Shown here in pieces: positions 18,423-26,893 of a DNA stretch of 60,408 nt (its first letter is position 1; every line of letters begins with the position of its first letter). Source of the DNA: a virus. The DNA lies in IMG/VR virus record IMGVR_UViG_3300045988_104258. One strand, 5' to 3'. The notes below the pieces were generated by a model. That model was not told the origin of the DNA. It made no database searches and saw only the letters and a program-made list of their open reading frames with translations. A program made the position numbers and the translations under genes.

Positions 18423-20228
18423 TCAGACCTTGGAAGAGTTGGCGGCATCCATCTCGATGGCCATTGCGCCATACGGAGTGGTCATTGCGCCGGAGCAGCG
18501 GGTCTCAATCAGGTAGATCAGCTGGTTGTAGTCGATGTTGAAGTCATCGAACATGTTGACCTCGCCGCCCTTATCGGCACCCACAGTATAGTCGGCCAGA
18601 TTGACCACGATGCCCAGCAGGTCGCCGCCCTTGGCACCCTTGCGGCCTTCCATGCGAGGAACAGTAACGATCTCCTTCACGCGCAGCTTCCGGGCCAGAG
18701 CAGCCTCGTCAGCGTACAGCGGATGGCCGATGCCGTCCTCCAGCAGCAGCATATCAGTCAGCACATCATCGGTGGTGTAGAAGGTCGGAGAGCCGGAGCC
18801 TTTGTACTCCTTACGGGCCTTGATGATGGACTTGATGGTTGCCTTGGCCTTGGCATCCTCGTTTGCATTGGTACCGGGCTGAACGACGACCTTGATGGTG
18901 TAGAAATCATCATCGTTGAAGATGGGACGGATGTTCAGCTCGTTGATCTTATCATCGCTGGCATCGTCGCGGCCGTCACCGATCAGGAAAGCCATACCAA
19001 GCTCCTCGTTCAGCTTGCCGCGCTGCTCCTTCTTGACAAAGCCGACCACATCCATGGTGGACATATCAACAATGTCGTCACGGTCGAAGCGCTGCTTCTT
19101 GTAAACGGTGGTCGGAGTGGTGGAACGCTTCAGCAGCTTGAACACCTGCTCCTTCTTGTAGTTGCCCTTGATGTAGCCCTTGGCGCGAGCCTCATCCTCG
19201 GTCAGGTCAGCAAACATGACCTTGACGCGGGCAAACGGCACATGATGGACGCTGTTCATAACCTTGTCAACCCAGGTCTGGTCACGATCCACAATGCGGG
19301 GTACCGTATCCAGATTGTGGTCATCCGGGAACAGGTAGTCCATGTTCTCGATGCTGTGGGCCAGCTCATCGCCGGTAATGCCTGCATCCAGGAAAGCATC
19401 GCGCAGAGTGCCGTGCTTGCTGGCAGTTGCGATAATGCCGTTGATGTCATCCAGACTGTGCTTCAGCACAGTGCCGCCGTTGTCGTTCTCAAAGCAGTGG
19501 TGCATAGTATTGTCCTCCTCGCCATCACCCTTGTTGTCGCTCTCACCGCCCTTGCCTTCATCCAGGGCAGAGCCGATAATAGCGTAAACCACGTTCTTCT
19601 GTTCCTCCGTCAGAGTATCAAATACCTCCTTGACGGTCTTCTCGTTGGCATCAGCCATTTTGCTTTCTCCTTTCTTATCCTTGTCGGTTTCGCTGGAATC
19701 ATCCGAATGCTCCAACGTTTCGTCCTCCAGCGGGTTATCGTCCGGGTCCAGCCCATGCTTCAGGCTCAAACCAGAATCGGTGTAAATATAGGCCTCGAAA
19801 CTGTCTGTTTCGGTGCCATCTGCAGTGTGCTTCACGACTTCATCGATCAGGGCACCGGGGTTGCATCCGGCAATTACCAAGCTCAGTTCCTTGATCATAC
19901 CGTGCATCACGGTTCGGCCTGTTTTCTGAATGCCGTTTGCGTAGATGGACATTGCGTCAATGTCACCGTTATCCACGCAGGCCTTGGCAGTCTGACCGCT
20001 GGATGTGTCGTTCAGCTTGACGTATGCGTACACGCCTTCCTTGCGGTTCTGCAGCAGTGCATGGCCCAGAACACTTTCGGGTGCGCTATGGTCATGGTTC
20101 CATACCACCGGAACCACCTTACCATCGCAGTCCTTGAATGCATTCGGCGCAATGGTCAGGCCATCAAAGCACTTCACATTGGCTTTGGTCGCCCAACCGG
20201 AAAAGTCATAATCGAAATTGATTGCCAT
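18423..20228 (-). CDS. Prohead protease - scaffold-like linker - HK97-fold major capsid protein fusion
   Basis: N-terminus VPVVWNHDHS...IDAMSIYANG is S78 protease-like, the middle is an acidic linker, the C-terminus is capsid-like; start MAINF at 20228 with SD GGAAGGAG. Confidence 0.65.
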   Translation of the reverse strand: MAINFDYDFSGWATKANVKCFDGLTIAPNAFKDCDGKVVPVVWNHDHSAPESVLGHALLQNRKEGVYAYVKLNDTSSGQTAKACVDNGDIDAMSIYANGIQKTGRTVMHGMIKELSLVIAGCNPGALIDEVVKHTADGTETDSFEAYIYTDSGLSLKHGLDPDDNPLEDETLEHSDDSSETDKDKKGESKMADANEKTVKEVFDTLTEEQKNVVYAIIGSALDEGKGGESDNKGDGEEDNTMHHCFENDNGGTVLKHSLDDINGIIATASKHGTLRDAFLDAGITGDELAHSIENMDYLFPDDHNLDTVPRIVDRDQTWVDKVMNSVHHVPFARVKVMFADLTEDEARAKGYIKGNYKKEQVFKLLKRSTTPTTVYKKQRFDRDDIVDMSTMDVVGFVKKEQRGKLNEELGMAFLIGDGRDDASDDKINELNIRPIFNDDDFYTIKVVVQPGTNANEDAKAKATIKSIIKARKEYKGSGSPTFYTTDDVLTDMLLLEDGIGHPLYADEAALARKLRVKEIVTVPRMEGRKGAKGGDLLGIVVNLADYTVGADKGGEVNMFDDFNIDYNQLIYLIETRCSGAMTTPYGAMAIEMDAANSSKV

Positions 20229-20301
20229 TTTGAATTTTTCACACTCCTTCCTGCTGATCTGCATAGTCGTAACCCTGCTCGTCAGCATAAGTTTCTTCGC
20301 C

Positions 20302-21501
20302 CTACATGGGCATCTTCTTGTCAGCCGAGGCAATATTACGGTTTGCAAGCTGGTCGGACTTCGGGTCCTTCGAGGGCTTCATGCCAATCACCTGCCGGAA
20401 CTCGTTCGGGGTCATGATCTCGTTGCGGGTGAACTTATCTGCCATCTCTGCAATCATGCTCACCGGTGCCAGACGGAACGGATCACGGAAGAACATGATG
20501 CTCTGACCCTGCGTCCGGGCAGTCTTTGTCAGGAACTTCCGCTTGAACTCATCTGCAATTGCCGATATGACTGGCTCAATGATGCGATTCATGTAGTTGT
20601 TCATCGTTTTCTCGTCCGCAGTACCATTCAGGATCTCCTGTGTCACACCCAATTGACTGTATACCATGTTCGTCAGGTATTCGATGGATTTCAGAATGTT
20701 GTTTTCGAGACTGCGATTCAACTGCACGATCCGCTCAGTGCCGTCCGTATAGGCAATACCGTACTTGGAGCCGGAAAGCTGCTGTTCGATGTCAGCCCTG
20801 CGCTGTTCAGCCTGTTCCCTTCGCGCCGGACTCTTGATGACATAGGGCAGCTGAATGATCATGTCCAGCTTTCCGCTGCCAGCCTGCTCATCCACCACAT
20901 CCAGCAAGGCCAGTTTTCGCACCAACTGCTGCATAGTAGAGTTCGGGGCATTCATGACTGCGTAAAACGGATTTTCAATCAGAGCCACCATCTTCTTCGG
21001 GAAAGTGATTTCCTCCTTCTGCCCGGTCAGCTCATTGAACAATCGCACACGCACATGATTCGGGTACCACTCCACAGGTACGCCAACGCGCATGGAGTAG
21101 ATTTCATAGCTGTTGCTGTAGCGCGGGTCAAAGTTTGTTTTCTCTGGCACAACTGCTGCAACGCCCTCTTCCAAAAAGGTCATCACGATATCCTGAATCA
21201 GCCCTCGACCGGTCTGGTCAGCATTGGCCTCAGTATTCAGGCAATAATTAAGGCCCGAATCAATAATCGAATCAAACCGATTATTTTCATCGAGCTTTAC
21301 GTGGTTGATCGTAATGGATGCTGCATCCAGCGCGATGCGGTTATAGATGGCATTGATGATGGTGCGCTCACTCCCACGGGAAAAGCGCATCCGATCAGGG
21401 CGATAACTGTAGCCACCCCCATAATACCTGCTTCCGGGAGGGTCCCGGTTGAGAAAGGCATTCCAGGCGTGTTTCAGCCTGGAGCCAATGTTCATCTCCA
21501 T
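20302..21501 (-). CDS. Portal protein
   Basis: 399 aa located between the TerL region and the protease/capsid gene. Confidence 0.55.
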   Translation of the reverse strand: MEMNIGSRLKHAWNAFLNRDPPGSRYYGGGYSYRPDRMRFSRGSERTIINAIYNRIALDAASITINHVKLDENNRFDSIIDSGLNYCLNTEANADQTGRGLIQDIVMTFLEEGVAAVVPEKTNFDPRYSNSYEIYSMRVGVPVEWYPNHVRVRLFNELTGQKEEITFPKKMVALIENPFYAVMNAPNSTMQQLVRKLALLDVVDEQAGSGKLDMIIQLPYVIKSPARREQAEQRRADIEQQLSGSKYGIAYTDGTERIVQLNRSLENNILKSIEYLTNMVYSQLGVTQEILNGTADEKTMNNYMNRIIEPVISAIADEFKRKFLTKTARTQGQSIMFFRDPFRLAPVSMIAEMADKFTRNEIMTPNEFRQVIGMKPSKDPKSDQLANRNIASADKKMPM

Positions 21502-21517
21502 TTTGAATTTTTCCTCC

Positions 21518-22573
21518 TTAACTCAAATAATCGCTCATCTTGCGTTCCATGTAAGCGGAGCACTCCGAAACCGTCTTGTTGCCCAGCTTGGAAACGTAGC
21601 CGATTGTGTTTGCTCCAACTTCTTTTGCAATTCGCTCGGCATTGTAGCGCATATACAGCTTGTCCACGACCTTCGGATTGGTCTCTGTCACCGATTGCAG
21701 GCGGACAGAATCTGTATCAAACACGATCATCGGGCGCTTTGCATGATAGCTGGAATAATCCTTGTCGTTATAATCCAGCAACGCATTGTAGCCTTTCTTA
21801 CTCAGCTCCGCATAGAAACGGCTCTGTGCCGCCACTTCCTGTGCGTTATGGTTTGTCAGAGAAAGGTTTAGAGCTTTATAGATAGCCACTTTTTCAGAAG
21901 CCGTCAGTGTGGTGGGGTCTTTCTTCAACGCATTCTCAGCTTGCTTAAAAAGCACCTGCTGGGTGGGTCTGCGCATCTTCTCTTTGGAATCCGCTATGGA
22001 TGCTTCAAGATTCTGCTTGAACTCTTTCTCTTTCAGCAGTCTAGCCGTAATATCACTTGCGTTCTCATCAGAAGGCACCTTCAGCTTCTTGACTGTTTCC
22101 AGTTTCAGCTGATAGACCTTCATGCTGTTGGCTTTATCGCGTAAAGCGGTGGCCGTTACTAAGTCAGCTTCGCTGCCGGAAGCGTTCGCCTGCTTTTCTG
22201 CCTGTTTGGCATCGTAATTGGCTCGTGTCATCAGATTCTTTCCGAAGAGCCCCATGTACTTATCACTGTCAGCCTTCTTATAGGTGGCGTAGAACGCGAA
22301 ATTCTCGAAGTCCTTGGAAGTCTGAATCCGAGAGAAAGTTGTGCCCTTCTTCAGGTATCCGTCAACATACTGCCGACCCGTCACCTGTGTGCGAGCAGTA
22401 TTCACACAGTCTTTTACTCGCATCTCCATTGTGGATGCCATGCGCTCCATTCGGCTTGCGTTCTGACTTACACCATAACGCTTCCGTCCTGCCGGGGTAT
22501 ACGTGCCGTCAGCATACTGGTAACGCCTTACGCCCCACTTCTGGCCTTTGATGCCGTGGTGATACAATTCCAT
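21518..22573 (-). CDS. Head-module protein with an N-terminal GIKGQKWGVRRY motif
   Basis: 351 aa; N-terminus MELYHHGIKGQKWGVRRYQYADGTYTPAGRKRY is shared with 22584..23105 and 26021..26500. Confidence 0.5.
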   Translation of the reverse strand: MELYHHGIKGQKWGVRRYQYADGTYTPAGRKRYGVSQNASRMERMASTMEMRVKDCVNTARTQVTGRQYVDGYLKKGTTFSRIQTSKDFENFAFYATYKKADSDKYMGLFGKNLMTRANYDAKQAEKQANASGSEADLVTATALRDKANSMKVYQLKLETVKKLKVPSDENASDITARLLKEKEFKQNLEASIADSKEKMRRPTQQVLFKQAENALKKDPTTLTASEKVAIYKALNLSLTNHNAQEVAAQSRFYAELSKKGYNALLDYNDKDYSSYHAKRPMIVFDTDSVRLQSVTETNPKVVDKLYMRYNAERIAKEVGANTIGYVSKLGNKTVSECSAYMERKMSDYLS

Positions 22574-22583
22574 TTTGAATTAC

Positions 22584-23105
22584 TCACCCCTCTCGCAACT
22601 TCTGAATTGCAAGAGCAATGCTTAACGCAGAACTGGTAATGGCGAGAACGCTTCCCGCAACCTCCAAAGTATCACTAACGGCTTCCCGGCCGGAATAGAC
22701 CTTCTTCGGATTGAACATGTCATCGTACTGTTTCTCCAGCATGGCCCGATTGATTCGTTCCCGCATCTCCTGGTCGGTCATCTTGCTTAAATCCATCTTT
22801 TCTGTCCTGCGAGACTGAATCTTCATGGACTTGTCGCTCAGTGTTTTCAGGTTACCTGCCATTTGGCTGCCAGCATCTGCGACAGATTTTGCCCGTTCAC
22901 GATCTTCACGAACCCAGTGATTCGGATCTTGCAAAGCATCCGCAGGCAGCTTATTATCTTTTTTCTTTTTGTCATTGGTCGTTACATCCCTGTCGTACCG
23001 TTTCTTGCCTGCATCCGTCAGGCTACCATTGGCATTCTGGTAACGCCGAACGCCCCATTTCATACCTTTGACGCCCCAGTGCCAAATCTGATTATTATAA
23101 TACAA
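22584..23105 (-). CDS. Small protein with an N-terminal GVKGMKWGVRRY motif
   Basis: 173 aa; IWHWGVKGMKWGVRRYQNANGSLTDAGKKRY; C-terminal hydrophobic segment. Confidence 0.5.
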   Translation of the reverse strand: MYYNNQIWHWGVKGMKWGVRRYQNANGSLTDAGKKRYDRDVTTNDKKKKDNKLPADALQDPNHWVREDRERAKSVADAGSQMAGNLKTLSDKSMKIQSRRTEKMDLSKMTDQEMRERINRAMLEKQYDDMFNPKKVYSGREAVSDTLEVAGSVLAITSSALSIALAIQKLREG

Positions 23106-23130
23106 GCTTCATCCTCCTTCTTTATAAGTA

Positions 23131-23162
23131 TTGCAAACATACCCCCCCCCCCGTGTTATACT
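23131..23162 (+). promoter_or_regulatory. Promoter of the plus-strand moron: TTGCAA - 20-nt spacer containing C11 - TGtTATACT (extended -10)
   Basis: TTGCAA at 23131-23136, C run at 23142-23152, TG at 23154-23155, TATACT at 23157-23162. Confidence 0.4.
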
Positions 23163-23204
23163 AGGCTATCCGCTTGTTTTTATGTGTGGAGGAGGTCTGA
23201 AACT

Positions 23205-24257
23205 ATGTCTGATTCTCAACTGCGTCCCGCAGATTTCAATTGCGAGATTGCGCCTTGTGAAACCCATCCTGATTTCGATGACTCAACCCGTTTTAAAAAG
23301 GTCGAGTTTCCAGAGCAGGCAGGGCTTGCTGCCAATTCGTTATTGCAACTGATTCCTGCGCAAGCTGCGGCTGACGCTGTTTCCAGCACGTATGTTCTCC
23401 GTTTTCCAAAAGGCATCCATGGCACATTGTTGAACTTAAATCAGGGCGGTCAGTCCACAACTATGGTAGATGCCACCGGACATTTTGCAGGCACTGCTTC
23501 TCTGTATAAGGTCGATCCTGCAGCAGTTGCCGCTTTTCAGATGTTCAGTGTTGCTTCTTTTGCCACCGGACAGTATTTCCTCGCAGACATCAGTTCCAAG
23601 TTAACAGAAGTCAATCGAAAGCTGGATGACCTTCTGGTATTTCTTCAGGCTTCCAAACGCACGGAATTGCTGTCTGAACTTACATTTGTTAAGTATGCAC
23701 TTGCAAACTTCTCGACCATCATGCTCAGTGAGCCGCAGCGCATGGCTACCATCGGCAACCTGCAACGTGCAAAAATCAAGGCTGTGGCTGACATGGAGTT
23801 CTACACGGAGCAGTTGGAAGATTCTGTTGGTGCAAAAACCAACGAAAATCAGGCCAGAACCGTATTGCAAAACAAACAGGGCATTGACCTTGCTTCCCAG
23901 CTGTATGCCATCAGTACCATTATGGAAGCTTACTATGCGCAAAATTGGAACAAGTCTTACCTTGCGAATATCAAAGCCGATGCGAAACCTTTGTTTGCTC
24001 TCAGTCAGAACCGCATGATTGGTGCGCTGAAAACCTTCTCTGATAAAATAAACAAGGAAATCGAAAGCAAAAAGAAAGGTCTGCTCAAAGGCGATGTGTC
24101 TGCAAGCGAGCACAAAATTCTGGAACTATCTGATGTATTGAATGCGCAGCCAGAGTCTCCGCTTCTTGTCTTGGTCAAGGATGCACTGGACAAGCCTTCT
24201 GCTCCTACGGAACTGTACCTTCGTCCGAACGGCGAAGTCTACCAAAAGGTCGTTTGA
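23205..24257 (+). CDS. Hypothetical 350-aa protein; the only plus-strand gene (moron)
   Basis: ATG at 23205 with SD GGAGGAGG. Largely helical sequence with no family recognised by eye. Its stop codon lies one nucleotide from the convergent TerL stop codon. Confidence 0.6.
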   Translation: MSDSQLRPADFNCEIAPCETHPDFDDSTRFKKVEFPEQAGLAANSLLQLIPAQAAADAVSSTYVLRFPKGIHGTLLNLNQGGQSTTMVDATGHFAGTASLYKVDPAAVAAFQMFSVASFATGQYFLADISSKLTEVNRKLDDLLVFLQASKRTELLSELTFVKYALANFSTIMLSEPQRMATIGNLQRAKIKAVADMEFYTEQLEDSVGAKTNENQARTVLQNKQGIDLASQLYAISTIMEAYYAQNWNKSYLANIKADAKPLFALSQNRMIGALKTFSDKINKEIESKKKGLLKGDVSASEHKILELSDVLNAQPESPLLVLVKDALDKPSAPTELYLRPNGEVYQKVV

Positions 24258-24258
24258 T

Positions 24259-26004
24259 TTACTCAAACGCTTCTCGATTCATCTTCCATGCAATGTAGGC
24301 ATCCATCATGGCAGCAACTGCATCAATCTTCTGGTCAGAACGACGCTTCAGCAGCTTGCGGTTACCGTTCGTGTCTTCCAGAACAATGCAGTTGCCCATG
24401 GCAAATTGCATAAGAGCTTCATCAAAGAGTAGTTTCCGCTGTTCGCTCAGCTTCTTCAGTTCACCCAACGGTACACTCTCGGTCTTTGCGCCCTGAATGA
24501 CCTTCTCTACACCAAACGGCGCATTCTCTGTACACCAGCGTTCTACAAAGTCCTTGGCATTATAAGGGTCATATCCAAAGCACCGGACATCATAGTCGTT
24601 CTGCTGAATGAAGTTATCGAGGTCATCATAGACCTGCATCATATCAAGCACCGTGCCATCAAACACCTGTAGTGTTCCTTCCTGCATGAACTGGTCGTAC
24701 TTCTGGCGCATGGCCTGTGGGAGCTTCGACAGTGTATAAGAGGTAATGTAATCTCTGGTTTTCACGCCAAAGAAGCCGTTCGCCATTGGGAACAGAAATG
24801 TAAACGCACAGAAGTCATCACCCTGTGACAAGTCTGCGCCGAGAGCACAAGGCATCTGCCAGTAATCTCGGTGGCGATGTGGCAGGGTTTCTTCATACGG
24901 AAAGAAGTAGGTATACCCCTCCATAGGAATGTTAAAGCGCTTGGCCAGAATGTCGTTTCTGGAGCCAGGCGCTTTTTCTGCGCGTTCTACATCCAGCTGA
25001 TACGTTTCGTAGCTGACAGTCTGTCCCAGATTTGGGTTTGCCTTCAGCCACATATCGGGGTTTGTAACTTCATCGATGGAATCCAACTTGTAGTACCAGA
25101 TGGACACATGGGGGTTGATGTACTCCCCTTTCAGGATGTCCATTAACTCCATTTTGATTGTATCACCACAACCATTACGGACGGTGCCTTCTGAACTGGT
25201 AGCTACAATCAGGTAGTCCTCGTTCTTCGATGCACCCTGTTCAAGTGCACTGATGGGGTCTTCCCGAATGTCGCAGCTCAACCATTCGTCAACGGTAGCC
25301 ACACGATCCCTTCGCCCCTGCAGCTTATCAATGGTCATCGGGCGTACTTCCAGCAGACTGTTTGTCAGGAAGTTCTCGATGCCCTTCTTGGTCGATGCCA
25401 GTTTCACTCGGTCTGCTTTTGCGCCAGTCGTGTTCTGTAAACTGCCCTCCGTCATGAACTTCAAAAGAGGTCCCTTCGACCGAGCCAGTGCTGTACGGAT
25501 CGGTGAAAGGACCTCTTCTGCTTGTTTCATGGTGGGCGCGGTAGTGCATTGCTGGGTAGTTGATACATCCACCGTCAAAAAGTAGCTCTGAATGAATGCG
25601 TCGTACATGGTCTTGGCGGCACCGCGAGGAATGATAAGATACTGCTTCGTGATAAGCCGTTTCTTGATACGCTTTCGCTCATAGTGACCGCCATGTCCTC
25701 CGGGATTGGGCACATAGATACTGCGGTCCACAAAGTAGTACCAGCCAAATATCTCTTCTGCCCAAAGCTTGAAGGAATCCAGCAGTTTCAGGTCTCCGCC
25801 GTCAGTAAGGGTCAGTTCATTCTCGCAGAACTTGACAAAACCTTCCACTGCTTTGTCATCATAGTAGATGCCTGGGTTTGCAATCAGGTCATCAATCCGG
25901 TTCATCTCCATGGAGACTTCTCGGCATACCGGAATTTCACCCCGAATCACGGCCTCTCGAAACCGGCCATAATAAATCGGCGTGGCCGTGTTTGAAAGTG
26001 CCAT
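24259..26004 (-). CDS. terL: Terminase large subunit
   Basis: 581 aa; Terminase_1-like ATPase (LIIPRGAAKT) and a C-terminal nuclease region. Confidence 0.8.
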   Translation of the reverse strand: MALSNTATPIYYGRFREAVIRGEIPVCREVSMEMNRIDDLIANPGIYYDDKAVEGFVKFCENELTLTDGGDLKLLDSFKLWAEEIFGWYYFVDRSIYVPNPGGHGGHYERKRIKKRLITKQYLIIPRGAAKTMYDAFIQSYFLTVDVSTTQQCTTAPTMKQAEEVLSPIRTALARSKGPLLKFMTEGSLQNTTGAKADRVKLASTKKGIENFLTNSLLEVRPMTIDKLQGRRDRVATVDEWLSCDIREDPISALEQGASKNEDYLIVATSSEGTVRNGCGDTIKMELMDILKGEYINPHVSIWYYKLDSIDEVTNPDMWLKANPNLGQTVSYETYQLDVERAEKAPGSRNDILAKRFNIPMEGYTYFFPYEETLPHRHRDYWQMPCALGADLSQGDDFCAFTFLFPMANGFFGVKTRDYITSYTLSKLPQAMRQKYDQFMQEGTLQVFDGTVLDMMQVYDDLDNFIQQNDYDVRCFGYDPYNAKDFVERWCTENAPFGVEKVIQGAKTESVPLGELKKLSEQRKLLFDEALMQFAMGNCIVLEDTNGNRKLLKRRSDQKIDAVAAMMDAYIAWKMNREAFE

Positions 26005-26020
26005 CTTCTGGCCTCCTCAA

Positions 26021-26500
26021 TTATCTTTGAACCAGATGTTTATCAAGATAACGTTTATACTCTGCATCGTATTCCTTTTTCGGATTACGAAGAAGGAGAA
26101 AGCTATCCTTAGTGTCAAGATTCAAGTCAAGAGTGGCATTAAACCGCTCTGCCTCTTTTTTAACTTTTTCCGCTGCTCTTTTTCCTTCTGATACAACCTG
26201 TTTGTCAATTTGGGAAAACCCACGTTTTCCAATTCGGCTCATCAGAGCATCCACTTTGGTACGTGCCTGCTTTTCATAGTATTTATTGTTATAAGAGTCC
26301 AGCGCAGAAATTCCCGTTGAATTAACTGTTTTAGACTGTTCGGCCAACTTTTGAGTATTTTTAATATTGTTATAGCTTTTTCGATATTTGCGCACTCCCT
26401 CTGGTGTCAGACTGCCATCAGCATTCCGGTAGCGCCGAACGCCCCATTTCATACCTTTGACGCCCCAGTGCCAAATTTCACAACTATTCATAATCATCAC
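26021..26500 (-). CDS. Small protein with an N-terminal GVKGMKWGVRRY motif
   Basis: 159 aa; EIWHWGVKGMKWGVRRYRNADGSLTPEGVRKY; 44 nt identical to 23044..23087. Confidence 0.5.
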   Translation of the reverse strand: MMIMNSCEIWHWGVKGMKWGVRRYRNADGSLTPEGVRKYRKSYNNIKNTQKLAEQSKTVNSTGISALDSYNNKYYEKQARTKVDALMSRIGKRGFSQIDKQVVSEGKRAAEKVKKEAERFNATLDLNLDTKDSFLLLRNPKKEYDAEYKRYLDKHLVQR

Positions 26501-26835
26501 CCTTTATCATGCTCCACATTCAGCCGCCACTCCATTTCGGATGCGGTATTCTGCAGAGCCTCTTTGGTCACGCTGCTTTGTGGTACATCGAAGCCCAGCA
26601 GCCGCACCTTGACTGCCACATAGGCTTTCACGGCTTCCACCTTCACCGGGTCAGCAATGAACTGGTTCCAAGTAGCGCTTTTGTCGGAGATAAAAAAGCC
26701 CTCTTTCGGTCCTACCCCCATCTGGGAAAGGATCATTAGCACAGTGTTGATGTACATGATGATATCCGGGTCGAATGCCTCATAGTCTGCAGGCAGACCC
26801 AACAGCTTTTTTACAGAAGTGAGAATGCTGTCCAT
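26497..26835 (-). CDS. gp6-like head-tail connector protein
   Basis: MDSILTSVKKLLGLPADYEAFDPDIIMYINTVL... is a typical connector N-terminus. Confidence 0.5.
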   Translation of the reverse strand: MDSILTSVKKLLGLPADYEAFDPDIIMYINTVLMILSQMGVGPKEGFFISDKSATWNQFIADPVKVEAVKAYVAVKVRLLGFDVPQSSVTKEALQNTASEMEWRLNVEHDKG

Positions 26836-26852
26836 AGTTGCTCCTTATAAAA

Positions 26853-26886
26853 TGAAAAAGCGCACCAGCCGCTAAGCCAGTGCGCT
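26853..26886 (-). terminator. Intrinsic terminator after the NACHT-like gene
   Basis: Stem AGCGCAC/GTGCGCT (26859-26865 / 26880-26886), then UUUUUCAUUUU on the minus strand. Confidence 0.55.
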
Positions 26887-26893
26887 AATTGAA

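Noticed and set aside
20222-20233. Recurrent TTCAAAATGG around start codons (also near 1795, 21499, 22570, 25150, 56758)
   Set aside because: It overlaps the SD-spacer-ATG context of highly expressed genes and varies in position relative to the start. It is most simply a translation-initiation context preference rather than a separate element.
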